A stretch of 64,000 nt of DNA, taken from NCBI RefSeq assembly GCF_000142905.1, contig NW_013657669.1, forward strand, positions 62,001 to 126,000, written 5' to 3'. The notes beneath the pieces are model-generated. The model had not been told where the DNA came from and searched no databases. It worked only from the letters and a program-made list of their open reading frames with translations. Positions 1 to 11,000 of this stretch are shown piece by piece. Within the stretch, counting starts at the first letter, position 1, and every line of letters begins with the position of its first letter. The translations under genes and the position numbers were made by a program. This DNA is from Thecamonas trahens ATCC 50062. Lineage: Eukaryota > Protista > Apusomonadida.

Positions 1-285
1 CCGTCACCCATACACCAACCACGCCCAATTCAGAGCCCACCACAGAGTAAGTAAGCCAATGACCTGGTAACTCGTCCACCAGCAAAGCCCAGCTCCCCAC
101 CACTCGCTTTCACCCTGCCGACTGTGGCGCCCCGCCCGCTCTGCCGCCCCCCGCCCGCGCTCCCCGCCCCCCCATCCCACCCCCACCGCCACCTAGCGGG
201 GGCACAAGAGGAGGAAGGAAGAGGTGTTGAGGTTGGAAAATGGAGCAAGGGCATGGAGAACAAGTTGGAGAAGGTACGTACCCAC

Positions 286-420
286 TTGTGCGGTCTGCTC
301 CTCGTGCATGGCGCTCTCAATGTCTGCAGAAAGTTGGTTCAGCTGCTCGGGTGTCAGGCCGGACATGGTGCTGGGGGAGGAAAGGGGGGTCAAGTGGTCG
401 ACTGCGTCACCGGTTGCCAT
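286..420 (-). CDS. Probable first exon of a hypothetical gene; the remaining exons are not resolved and may lie left of the window
   Basis: ATG at 420 (or 366) opens MATGDAVDHL...LNQLSADIESAMHEEQTAQ. It is followed by a donor-like GTGGGTACGT and G-rich, intron-like sequence. Confidence 0.35.
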
Positions 421-597
421 GGCGCTGGCATTGTCATCACCACACCGATGGAGACACCGACTCCAAACCAATGGTCAGATGCAGTTGCAAATACAGATTA
501 TGTTGGATAGCTGTGGTGGGCTTTGGCCAGACCGCCCCTGTCTGCCCGCCTCCGCCCCTGCCCCTGATCCTTGTGCGCACAGCAGGCAGGGGGGAGG

Positions 598-786
598 CGG
601 CGATCAAGGGCGATCGAGGGCGATCAAGCTCGTAGCAGTGTGCCCGAGGCAAAAGCTGACCCTCTCGGATGGTTGGTGAAGAGTAAACTTCCGCACTGGG
701 TGAGTGTGGCGAGCAAGAGCGGGTGATCATGACCAACCACGACTGATCATGACCGACCATGACCGATGAAGGGCGATCAAGATCAA
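598..786. repeat. Cluster of short GATC-core direct repeats in the divergent intergenic region upstream of lpxC
   Basis: GGCGATC(A/G)AG occurs three times in tandem at 598-628 and again near 772. TGATCATGACC occurs twice at 724-754. Confidence 0.6.
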
Positions 787-978
787 TGAATGGCTATCAA
801 GGCCATATCAGGAACACGTCCGTGAAGAAACTCTCCCCTTTCCACAGGTTGGCGATGGCTGCCGTCTGTTTAGCACTCGGCCGATGCTGGCGGTGTGTGG
901 GTGTGGCTCCATCACGACTCAACTCGCTCAGAGGCAGCAAGTCGCTCATATCCCACCTCCACCCCACCACCCTCCGCC

Positions 979-1896
979 ATGCACACTCTTGCACGCAGAG
1001 TTGTTGTATCTGGTATTGGTCTACACTCGGGGCGCCCGGCGAGTGTCTCCCTTGCTCCGCTTCCTCACCACTCCCCTCATCCACATCTTGTGACTGCTCA
1101 GCTCAATGGCGTCATGACTCCGCTGGCGCCTGCCTTGGTCTCAGAGACTACTCTGGCGACAACCTTGTCCATCGGTCGGTGCTCTGTGGCCACGGTTGAG
1201 CATATGATGTCAGCTCTGGTAGGCTCCGGCATCGATGCTGCGATCATCGAGATTGAGGCCAATCAAGGTGCCGATACGGTGGAGATGCCCATTCTCGACG
1301 GGTCAGCGTCCGAGTGGGTGCAGGCTATCGCCTCGTGCGGCCGCGCCGAGCTTAGCGGCGACACCTCGTCAGCAACCTGCGCGCTGCTCGCGCCTCTCGA
1401 TCGCCCGCTGAGGGTTGACGATCCTAAGGGTACCAACGGCTTCATCGCATATAGCCCGGGAGCAGCGGCCGATCCGGACGTGTGCTCGCTGGACGTCTCG
1501 GTCGTCTATCCCGCACTCGGCAAGCAGCAGCTCTGCTGGGATTTTGATCCGTGGACAGAGGCTGGACGTGCGGCATACGCCGCAGACATCGCCCCGGCCC
1601 GCACATTCACCTTTGAGAGCGAGCTCGACGCACTGCGCGCCGCTGGACTCGCCGCCGGCGGCTCGCTGCACAATGCGCTCGTCTACACCGCGTCTGGTGC
1701 GCTGTATTCTGACCAGAGTCGCGACATGCTGCGTTTTCCCGACGACGAGGCCGTCCGCCACAAGACGCTTGACCTCATCGGCGACCTCACCCTCGCACCT
1801 GCCGCCTTTCATCGCCTCCGCGGCGGAGTCGTCGTCGCCCACAAGCCCGGCCACGCTCTCAACGTTGCATTTGCCGCCGCCCTCGCCGCTCTCTAG
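979..1896 (+). CDS. lpxC: UDP-3-O-acyl-N-acetylglucosamine deacetylase LpxC (lipid A pathway)
   Basis: Motifs TLARRVVVSGIGLHSG, TVEHMMSAL, EMPILDGSA, IAPARTF, GGSLHNALV, RFPDDEAVRHKTLDLIGDL and PGHALN. First in-frame ATG is at 979; intronless. Confidence 0.95.
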   Translation: MHTLARRVVVSGIGLHSGRPASVSLAPLPHHSPHPHLVTAQLNGVMTPLAPALVSETTLATTLSIGRCSVATVEHMMSALVGSGIDAAIIEIEANQGADTVEMPILDGSASEWVQAIASCGRAELSGDTSSATCALLAPLDRPLRVDDPKGTNGFIAYSPGAAADPDVCSLDVSVVYPALGKQQLCWDFDPWTEAGRAAYAADIAPARTFTFESELDALRAAGLAAGGSLHNALVYTASGALYSDQSRDMLRFPDDEAVRHKTLDLIGDLTLAPAAFHRLRGGVVVAHKPGHALNVAFAAALAAL

Positions 1897-2340
1897 CCCG
1901 CGCATCAGCGTGCAAACGAATGGCACTTGCGTCTACAGATGCACTTGTCCTTGTCTTTTCTTGTCACACTTGTGGCAATGAGCGAGTTCGAGGAAGTGGT
2001 CCCACACTGTGCCCTTTGTGTATGAGCCTTTAACGAAAAATGCATGCGACACATTCTTGCGCCCTCAAAGAGCCTCCCCATCTTCATCTCCCACGCCCAC
2101 AACACATAACACCTACTGTTCTCAGAAGCCTTGGATCGGCACCAAAGCTGGCCTCCTTGGCCTCCCTTGAGCCCGATCTCAAAGTCTTTGCTGTGCGCGT
2201 TGGCTAGAACTTTTTTCCACCACCACCATCTGATACGGCGGTGAACGTCACACTCAGCGACACCTTAAAACGGCGCGATTTGCAACGGAACCTTATTGGA
2301 GCGTCACATACATCCCTCCTCTTACACACCGCATCACGCC

Positions 2341-3114
2341 ATGATGGCACGTCTCCAATCCCACGAACGTACGCCCATGAACGTCACCTCCGTCAACGCA
2401 CCCAGAAGACCTCCGCTGTCGGGCTCGGCACACAGCTCGTCTGGCGCGTCATCGCCGGCTGACCTGCCGTTTCCGGCCAACCCGGATTTTCCCAGCACCA
2501 TCGCCACCAACGTCCACATCATCATGTCACAACTCGTCATCGGTATCGTTTTGGCTGCCGGTGGAGTGCAGCAGGCGCTTGGCAAGCTCCTTGCCATCCG
2601 CGAATCTATCGCCGGCACCATCCAAGGCGATGTCATTTGTGCCGTCGCTCACCAGTTCTCTGTTGATGACGCTATGCTACTTCTTGACGTCCTCGGCTCG
2701 AACCGCGGCAAGACGATCATCATCCTCGCAGCAGTTCAAAATCAGGCCGAGCTTGTTCGCCGGCTCGCCCCCATGGCTGACTGGACCAAGGCCATGCACT
2801 CGGCGTCACAAGCACTCATCCGCGCTGCCGAGAACGGCGCCGAGGACGCCGTCGCCACACTCCTCGACTTTGTGCCCCATCGTGGCAGGCCGATCAACGG
2901 CTACGTCCGCATCCTCGCCCTCCGCCACGCCCGCCGCCATCGCTACTATGGCATCGTCGAGCTCTTTGACAACGACGCTACAACGCTGGCAGCACTCGCC
3001 ACCATCGATGACGGCGACTTTTCCGATCCCGACTACCTGGCTCTCCTCGACGAGATGTACATCCAGTCTGCGGTCGACGACTCGTTCACGCCCGACACAG
3101 CACCAATGGCATAG
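2341..3114 (+). CDS. Divergent ankyrin-repeat-like protein
   Basis: Ankyrin-like segments TIIILAAVQNQAELVRRL, ALIRAAENGAEDAVATLL and ALRHARRHRYYGIVELF; coding-like codon usage. Confidence 0.6.
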   Translation: MMARLQSHERTPMNVTSVNAPRRPPLSGSAHSSSGASSPADLPFPANPDFPSTIATNVHIIMSQLVIGIVLAAGGVQQALGKLLAIRESIAGTIQGDVICAVAHQFSVDDAMLLLDVLGSNRGKTIIILAAVQNQAELVRRLAPMADWTKAMHSASQALIRAAENGAEDAVATLLDFVPHRGRPINGYVRILALRHARRHRYYGIVELFDNDATTLAALATIDDGDFSDPDYLALLDEMYIQSAVDDSFTPDTAPMA

Positions 3115-3145
3115 CTCTACAGCGGCGATGTATTTACTTGTTGGG

Positions 3146-4198
3146 TCATCTCCGCCGCCGTGTGGCCCTCAGCGCAGCAGGCGTCGGTCGCCGCGACGAT
3201 GCCGGCGTCGGCGACCGCGATCGCGACCGCGACCGCGCTCCCGCGCGCTCCCGTCGCGTCGCCTCATATACTCGCTTTTGAGCCGCAAGTAGTGACTGCC
3301 GCAACACAATGGAGACCCGCAGCGTGCCGGCCGGCACCAGCTTGTGCTTGGGCACGAGTGATGGGCCGAGTGCCGATCGCAGCTTGAGCAGCGTCAGATC
3401 TTCGTGGATAAAGTCCATTCCACCGTGGTCCAGGATGTCTCCAAGGTGGACCTGGGCGTAAGCAATCTCTTGGTCGGGTACCGGCAGCGAGGTGTCGAGG
3501 ACTGAGAAGACCAGGTACGGTTCGAGGGCGTCGTCGGGCCATGGCAGGCCGGCCACAACGGCGTCGAGCCTGCGGGCGCCCTCGGAGCCCGGAGCGAGAT
3601 CAAAGACCTTGCGCGAGCCGTGCTGCCCGACGCATGCCTCCAACCACACGTTGAGAAAGTTGTACGAGACCTTGAGCGCCGAGACGTTGGTCACGGCCTC
3701 GCCTGCGACGTCGAACACAGCGTCCGCATCAAGCTCCAGCGCCTCGACCTGGATGACCCCGATGGTATCGATGGGTGGCAGCGGCGGCTTTCCACTCCTT
3801 CTCGGCGTGCCATTTGTCTGCATCCGGCTGCGTCGACGTCCAGCCGAGCGGCCTCCGCCTCGGCGCCCGTCTGACGCTCCGCTCGACGACGGAGGCGCGG
3901 ACGACGCCGCCGGTGGGACAAGGCCGAGGCGGCGAGCTGCCGCCGACGTTGTGGGCGGCGGGCGGATGTTGGCGATGGGTGGCGGGAGTAGCGAGTCGAG
4001 GTCGCGGAGGGCGGCGACTCGGCGTAGGCTCGCCAACCGAAGTCGTGCGGCCTTGGTTGCCCTGCTCGGCGAAGCCAAGCTGCCCGGAGCCGAGTCGGCC
4101 ACGAGCACCACGTCCGAGCCAGCCGGCTGGAGCAGTGGCGCAAAGGCTTCGATGGTCGGGTGCGAGGTCTGCATGGTAGAGCCGGCCCATGACTCCAT
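3146..4198 (-). CDS. C2-domain protein resembling the RPGRIP1/RPGRIP1L C-terminal C2 domain
   Basis: Low-complexity N-terminus, then IGVIQVEALEL...KVSYNFLN...LVFSVLD...EIAYAQVHLGDILDHGGMDF...GTLRVSI. ATG at 4198. Confidence 0.6.
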   Translation of the reverse strand: MESWAGSTMQTSHPTIEAFAPLLQPAGSDVVLVADSAPGSLASPSRATKAARLRLASLRRVAALRDLDSLLPPPIANIRPPPTTSAAARRLGLVPPAASSAPPSSSGASDGRRGGGRSAGRRRSRMQTNGTPRRSGKPPLPPIDTIGVIQVEALELDADAVFDVAGEAVTNVSALKVSYNFLNVWLEACVGQHGSRKVFDLAPGSEGARRLDAVVAGLPWPDDALEPYLVFSVLDTSLPVPDQEIAYAQVHLGDILDHGGMDFIHEDLTLLKLRSALGPSLVPKHKLVPAGTLRVSIVLRQSLLAAQKRVYEATRRERAGARSRSRSRSPTPASSRRPTPAALRATRRRR

Positions 4199-4427
4199 TA
4201 CGCCACAAGGCCTGCTCCCAAGAGAGCCGTTGCGCTCTCCCCCCGCTGACTTGCTCAGCAACGGCCTGTCTCGGCCTCCACCCGCTCGCTCGACCGGGTG
4301 TCCGTTGTGGCCGTTAGTGACCCGGTGGAATGCGGCGGGTGGGCTGCGAATTGTTTTTAGCCGGCGCCAACGTTTGCGAGCTACGTTGTTTACGTGGGAG
4401 GTGCGCGACTACCGAACTGTTAGAGGC

Positions 4428-6377
4428 TTACTTCATGAGCGCCTTGACAACTCCCTTGACCGAAAAGCCCTTGATGTCGGTGTAGTTCTGGCCGGTGCCG
4501 ACAAGGACAATAGGGATGCCACCCGAGGCGTGGACCATCGAGACCGAGGCGCCGACCTTGTCGTCGACCGAGTCAAACTTGGAGAGAACGATGCCGTCGA
4601 TGTTGCGGCTCGTCGTTCCATGGTCGATGAGCGCCTGGCGGAAGCCCATGAGCTGGTCCACGCCGTCGTTGCCGACAAGTGCCTCGCCGACAAACAGGAT
4701 GAGGTCCGGCAGGTTGACTTCGACCAGCTTGGCAAGCGCCTTCATGAGCGGCGAGTTCTTGACCATGCGCCCGGCGGTGTCGATGAGGACAACGTCGATG
4801 CCCTCGCGGACTGCGCGCCCGATGGCGGCCTTGGCCACCGCAGCTGGGTCGCCGCCGTAGCCTTGCTCGTAAACGTCGACGCCGAGCCGCTTGCCGTGCG
4901 TCTGCAACTGCGAGATGGCGCCTGACCGGAACGTGTCGCACGCCGCAATGAGGACCGAGAACCCGTTCTGCCGCAGCCAGTAGCAAATCTTGGAGAGTGA
5001 CGTCGACTTGCCGACGCCGTTGACACCCATCATGACGATCGAGTACACCTTGCCAGCCTCGCGCGCTGCATGCGCCTCGCGAATGACGTCGATCTTGCGC
5101 CGCGGCGTCAGAATCCGCGTCAGCGCTTCGGTCAGCGCCTGCTTGGCCGCATACTTGACCGACGTCATCGACGGCAGCGTCTGCCCGATCAGGTTCGACG
5201 CCACAGACTCGGTGAGCGCATGGGCAACCTCGGATGCCACGTTGCGCTCCTCCAGCCGCTGCGCAAGCGCCGCCATGACCGGCTCGAGGTCCTCCTCAGC
5301 AAGCGTCTTGTTCCCGGTCAGCGTCTGGAAGAGCGAGAACAGGCCGGTTGTCGCCTTGGGCTTGGAGCTCGACCCGGCGTCGTCGCCGTCCTCCAGCGGA
5401 TCCGGCCCGCCCTCTGACGACGACGAGAGCTCGTCAGCAATGTCGCCGAGCGCCACCCCGCCCTTGACCACCTCGATGTCGAGCGCCTCCTCGTCGGCCT
5501 CGCGCGCGAGCGCCTGCTTGCGCGCGGAAGCCGACGACCCGTCGGCATTCATCGCCAGCGATGCCGCCAGCGCCTCCTCGTCGGCCTTGCTCAGCTTGTT
5601 CTTGGTCCGCATCACCTTGCCGCGCTTCTTGGTGCTCACCGCCGGGCTGCTTGCCTCCTTGCCACGCGACGCCTTGCCGCCCTTGCCGCGCCCGCCCTTG
5701 CTTCCCTTGCCACCCTTGCCGCCCTTCCGTGCCTTCAGCCGCGCCATAGCCGCTTTGCGCTTCTCTGCCGGAGTCATCGGCTTGCCGTCAGGCACATCGC
5801 CGCCGTCACCGTCGCCGCCGTCGCCGTCGCCGCTCGCCTCATCTCCTGCAGCCTCGTCGGCATCCGGCAGTGCCTCGGCCTTGCCCTTGGCATGGCTCGT
5901 CTTGGCCTTGCTTGCCTTGCCCTCGCTTGCCTTGCCCTTGTTCGCCTTGCCCGCCTTGCCCGCGCGCTTGGCAGCCTCGGCCGCGGTCTCTGCTCGCAGC
6001 AGCAGATCCTTAAAGGTCTCATCAAAGTCGTCGATGTTTGTGGGCGAGGGAGCCTTGGGCTTGCTCGCAGCAGCCGAGTAGTGTGACTCAAAGGCAGCCG
6101 GGACCGAGTCGAGAAGATCATCCACGTAGCGAATGGGAAAGGCGTGACGATAGACAGCAACGTAGACGAGGCCGACATTGTTATCCAAATGCCACTTGCA
6201 TGCAAACGAGCCAACAATGTAGGGAGAAGCAGCAGACGAAGCATGACCTTCCAACAAGACGTTAGAAATAAGAGCATCCACAGGATGGAGTCCAACACCA
6301 TGGAACACACTTGCAGAAGGTTGGTACGAGTACAGGCAGAGCCCTCCTCGGTTGACAATGGTAAAGTTGTCGAGCAT
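4428..6377 (-). CDS. SRPRA: Signal recognition particle receptor alpha subunit
   Basis: N-terminal longin domain (MLDNFTIVNRGGLCLY), charged linker, and SRP GTPase motifs GVNGVGKST, DTFRSGA, DTAGR, SKFD and GTGQNY. Confidence 0.96.
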   Translation of the reverse strand: MLDNFTIVNRGGLCLYSYQPSASVFHGVGLHPVDALISNVLLEGHASSAASPYIVGSFACKWHLDNNVGLVYVAVYRHAFPIRYVDDLLDSVPAAFESHYSAAASKPKAPSPTNIDDFDETFKDLLLRAETAAEAAKRAGKAGKANKGKASEGKASKAKTSHAKGKAEALPDADEAAGDEASGDGDGGDGDGGDVPDGKPMTPAEKRKAAMARLKARKGGKGGKGSKGGRGKGGKASRGKEASSPAVSTKKRGKVMRTKNKLSKADEEALAASLAMNADGSSASARKQALAREADEEALDIEVVKGGVALGDIADELSSSSEGGPDPLEDGDDAGSSSKPKATTGLFSLFQTLTGNKTLAEEDLEPVMAALAQRLEERNVASEVAHALTESVASNLIGQTLPSMTSVKYAAKQALTEALTRILTPRRKIDVIREAHAAREAGKVYSIVMMGVNGVGKSTSLSKICYWLRQNGFSVLIAACDTFRSGAISQLQTHGKRLGVDVYEQGYGGDPAAVAKAAIGRAVREGIDVVLIDTAGRMVKNSPLMKALAKLVEVNLPDLILFVGEALVGNDGVDQLMGFRQALIDHGTTSRNIDGIVLSKFDSVDDKVGASVSMVHASGGIPIVLVGTGQNYTDIKGFSVKGVVKALMK

Positions 6378-6757
6378 GGTGTGTGTGGAGGCAGAGGGTG
6401 GGGAAGGAGGGGGGGGGGGGGGGCGGCCTGGTGGAAGAACCCCCAGAGGGATCGGATCGGAGTTGGTCGTCGTCGCCCGTCAACGAACTGCCACTCGCTG
6501 ACTATTTTACATGGACGGCGTGATGACATGGGAATCGATGGCTTGTCATGGAAGACAACAAAAGACTTGGAGAGCGTGTGTGGGCAAGGCAAGTACTGGC
6601 CGTGAAATAGGTTGAGATCATTGTGTGAGAGAGAGAGTCGTCAGAGTTGAAACCGTCATCATCGGTCGGCTTGGATGCGTGATTGGTCTTGGGCAGCTCT
6701 TCAAGGCCTCACAACGGACTTTATCGACGAGTACTCCTCCCGCTCACACGCCAACAC

Positions 6758-8017
6758 ATGGCGCACCGTCGGCACAAGCCTCCAAATGATCTCTCTTCAC
6801 GTATCACACAAAACCGTCAACTCTGGTCGGCCGTCGCGCTTCAGGACCATCTCGTGGCTGGCTCTCCGCTCGATACCTCGGCCGCAATTCGCGCCAAAAC
6901 GACGTCGGCTCGTTCACCTCGCCGCCGTCCGCCCCGCATCTCGGCTGCAAAGAAGGAGCTAGCTCGCGCCAAGGCTGCACGAGAGCGCCGACTTGCTCGC
7001 AAACAGGCTGCTGCCGATCCGTCTTGTCACCGCCGTTCCGAACTGTCGTCTCGTGCGGCAGCATCGGAGCTCCAGCGCGCTCCGCCGGACTCGGCTGTTC
7101 CGCCCATCGTCGAGGCATTCTTCGGACCTGATGCCGCCGTCGGACAGCTCGCCACGCCACTGAGGCGCGAGCTCCGGCTGAGCCTGGCCCAGCAACTGGG
7201 TCTCGTGGCTATCCCTGAAGGAACACACGCTGGTCGCGCGCCTGAGGCAAGCGAGTGGGACGCCGCTCGCGCTGCCTGGCGTGAGCGCGGCTCGGATGCC
7301 TGCGCCATCTGCCTCGAGCCGTTTGCCATCTCAGCCCAGGTCCTGCTCTCGTGTTCGCATGCCTTTCACGAGACTTGCCTCGCTGCTTTTGAGGCCCATG
7401 CTGCCGCCCAAGCGGCTGCTCCCGAGGCTCCCGTCGTCGCCCCGCCGCTCGCCTGCCCGCTCTGTCGCAAGACCGAGTACCACAAGATGCGTGTGACCGA
7501 CGCCGGCCGCGCATACATCACCGCCATGGTCGTTCGCATACAGGCCTGGTGGCGGAGCGTGAGCCAGGCCCGCAAGTACAAGGCCCTCCGCCTCGCCGCG
7601 CCGCCGCCAGCTCATCCCACACGCCGCCGTGCCTGGCTTGTCGACAAACTTGCCGCCACGTCGGACGCCATGCTCGCTGCCGTCGAGGCCACCCATTCCG
7701 AGGCCGACGAGCTCTGTGCCCTCATCGACGCCCAGCTTGCGGCCGCCCGCTCGCCTCACGATCCAAAACCCCCACCCCTGCCGCCATCGCTCTCCGGGAC
7801 CGAGTGGCAAGCTGTCTACCTCCGCGCGCTCGATCGCGGTTGCGACGAGTGCACCATCTGCCTCGGCTCGCTCGCCGACCCGCAGCGGCCGCCGACCCTG
7901 TTGTCGTGCTCGCACGTCTTCCACGCCGCGTGCATCGCCTCGTTTGAAGCATTTACTCTCGAGGCGACGCCGACGTGTCCCATCTGCCGCGCCCCGTTCG
8001 CCAAGCACGCCGTGTAG
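6758..8017 (+). CDS. RNF32: RING finger protein 32-like (two RING-H2 domains flanking an IQ motif)
   Basis: AVALQDHL and LSLAQQLGLV N-terminal motifs; RING CAICLE...LSCSHAFHETC...CPLCR; IQAWWR; second RING CTICL...LSCSHVFHAAC...CPICR. Confidence 0.88.
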   Translation: MAHRRHKPPNDLSSRITQNRQLWSAVALQDHLVAGSPLDTSAAIRAKTTSARSPRRRPPRISAAKKELARAKAARERRLARKQAAADPSCHRRSELSSRAAASELQRAPPDSAVPPIVEAFFGPDAAVGQLATPLRRELRLSLAQQLGLVAIPEGTHAGRAPEASEWDAARAAWRERGSDACAICLEPFAISAQVLLSCSHAFHETCLAAFEAHAAAQAAAPEAPVVAPPLACPLCRKTEYHKMRVTDAGRAYITAMVVRIQAWWRSVSQARKYKALRLAAPPPAHPTRRRAWLVDKLAATSDAMLAAVEATHSEADELCALIDAQLAAARSPHDPKPPPLPPSLSGTEWQAVYLRALDRGCDECTICLGSLADPQRPPTLLSCSHVFHAACIASFEAFTLEATPTCPICRAPFAKHAV

Positions 8018-8032
8018 AAGACGCCCGCCCGG

Positions 8033-11000
8033 TTACGGCGCGCTGGCAAGCATCTCGCGCATAATCGTCGGCAGTTCTCCCACATCGAGGCACACTACGG
8101 CCTGGCCACCGGGCAGCTCTTTGGCGAGCCATGACGCCACGCCCTCCTCAGCAATAAAGATGGCCGAAACATGCACGCGCTCGTCGCGGTCAAACTCGGC
8201 CCGCAGCGACTCGGGCGTCACCCCGTACGCGCCAAGGTTGGCATCCGAGACCAGGAAGACCAGATACTCATCGCCCTCCTCCTCGGTCACATTCTCGACA
8301 GCAAGTCGCAGCGCGTCGAGCGTCGAGTCGCCACGCGGCGCAGACGCTGCCGCGGTGTACAACGCCTCCACAACCTCGTACTTGCCCGCCGGCGTGCTCG
8401 GCACCTCGCCATATTCCACTATCGGTATGGCCGGTGAGCCGCCCGAGTGCCCCACCATCGACACCGAGAACTTGTGCTCCAGCCCGCGCAGCGCCTCCAT
8501 TACCATCACCATCGACCACGCCACCCGGTCCAGCCGGCCATCCCACGAATTGAAACGCGCCATTGACGCAGACACGTCCAGTACAAACCGCACACGCTTT
8601 GGCCGCGCCTGCCGCACCCCGGCCCGCGCCTCCGGCTCGCCCCGACGTCGATATATGTGACTCTCGCCGAGCATTCCGTCCACAAGCCGCCGGTCGTCGA
8701 GCTCACCTTGCGACTGGTTGCCGAGCCACTCACGCTCTTTCTCCTTGGCCTCAGCATTGTGCAAGATGACAGAGAGCTGCTGAATCTGTCGCTCCATCTT
8801 GGCGCACAGCGAGTCATACGCCGGCGACTCATCGCGCTGTCCGACCCCGCCTGACCCGTTCCGCAGCGCCATGGCCCGCTTTGTCTGCTCCAGTACCCGG
8901 ACCGCAGCCTCCTCGATCGCGCTCCGAGTCCCCGTATCCAGCTCGGACGACGCCGCCGCCTCTTCCGGAAGCACAACTTGTCCATCAACCACAGTGTAGC
9001 CGCCAAAACCGTCCGACGAGAGATCAGCACCAGCGCCGCCGCCGCCACCTCCTCCTCCGCCACCGCCACCGCCGCCTCCACCGCCGCCACCTCCTCCACC
9101 GCCGCCTCCGCCGCCACCTCCACCGCCGCCATCGCCTCCGCCTCCGCCTCCTCCCAAGGCATCAGCCGAGCTTACTGGCACAAACGATCCATCACCGGCT
9201 CCAGAATCGCCGCCACTACCGTTCTCGGCTGCTCCAGCTGGAGCACCATCGTCGTCATCGCCATCAGCGGGTGGCAACTTGTACCGCGCTTCGGCCACGC
9301 CGCGAACCGTCTCCTCCACTGACTCGAGACCCTCGCGCACAGCGTGCCATCCAGCAAGCTCCTCCATCAACGAGCCCTCGTCCAACGCCTGCCACTCGCG
9401 GATGACGCCGTCGGTGCAGACACCAAACAGTGAAGCTGGCCGATCGTCAGCGCTCTTTCCGATGCCAAGCGCAACAACAGGCGCATCGACAGCAATGCTC
9501 TTCATCATGTTGGCATCGAGGTCTGCAAGCGTGAGCCCGGCGTCCGAGCCGTACACTACAGTGCCCCACAGCGACTCGTCCTCGCTAGCGAGGTGCACGG
9601 CACTTTCCGGGTGGTGCGAGGTAAGGATGGGCGTTCCAGAGTCGAGACTCGGGAGGCTGGCCCACTCGGCGTGCTCCGGTGCGGCCCAGGGAATCTTGCC
9701 CAGCGCACCCTCGACTCCGTCACGCACAATCGCGCCAACAGCACCAGAGCCCAGTACCGCCAGCTGGCCGCGCGTTCCCAGTCGCGGGCCGGTCGAGAGC
9801 GCGCCGCTTGCGTCGCAGTTCACAACCGCATGGCTGCCGTCCGACAGTGAGACAAGCCACGAGCCACGAGCGCCGGCCTGGTCAGTCGCCGTCACACGCT
9901 GGACGTTGACCATCTCGGCGCCATCGGCGAGAAGATGTGGATAACTAGTGGCAGTTGCGCCGCCAGCAGCTCGAAACGAGACGCCCATTATCTTGCGCCC
10001 GTTGCGCTCCCACAAAAGGCCATGCAGCGCGCTGCAAGTCGCCACGCCGGGTGCAAATGCGTGCGGAGGTGGCGCTGCCTCCAGCGACGCCCGCGACGGG
10101 TCCATCAGCATCCGCATCGGGTTTGCGCCAGGCGCCTTGCCGGTCAGCGCCTCGGGAAGCTCGAGCTGAATGACGGTCTCGGGGTGCGCAACGCCGTTGC
10201 TTGCGCCAGGGACCGCAAACACAAGGCCGACCCGCGCGGCATCGATGACCACCCAGTCTCCACCTGGCGCACACACAATCGGCTGCACAAACGACGGCAG
10301 AAAGTCGAGTGCGGTCATGACTGCGCTGCTTCCGGCGCGCTCGCCAGTCACCAGTGCTGACGACCGCGCCCCGGCAAGCACGTAGCCGGCCGCATCATCC
10401 AGCCACGCGCCCGAGACCAGCCGCCGTGACACTTCCGCGAGCGGCAGCGGCCACGACTGGAGAAGCTCAGAGAACTGTCGGGTGCGTGCCGAGATCGGTG
10501 GCGTGACGCTGAGTGGCCGCGAGTCGGCGAACATGAAGCCGACGTTGCGCGCACGTACCTCGACAGCATCACCGCGCGCGGCCTCACCTGTAGGTGCAAA
10601 TAGCTCACACTTGGCCTTCCCTGCCCCGCTCAACTGCACTGGGTTGAGCGGCAGAGGACGGGCAAGGTCGATAGGAAGTGATCCAGCGACATCGGCAGCA
10701 TGGCCCGACCGCTCAGATGCGGCCCGGCGGGCGCCCGCGTGAGGGGTGTCGAGTGCAGAGAGCAGCGGGAGGCCGTGGCGAGTAAGGACCTCGTCCAGCG
10801 CCTCGAGGACCGGCGCGTCGTGCACATCGTAGTCAAAGACGTTGCCCAGGACTGAGAGCGGCGAGTCGCCAGGAAACTCCTGCAAATGACGCACAATGGC
10901 CACCAGCTCGCGTGCCGAGTACGGATACGAGAGCAGGCCTTGCTCGGTGAGACTGCGGAGCTCGGCAAAGGCAGCCGTGAGTGCGCGTAGAATCGGATCA

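Noticed and set aside
3492-6081. Long + strand ORFs (477 and 363 aa) opposite SRPRA and the C2 gene
   Set aside because: Antisense shadows caused by high GC3; no motifs.
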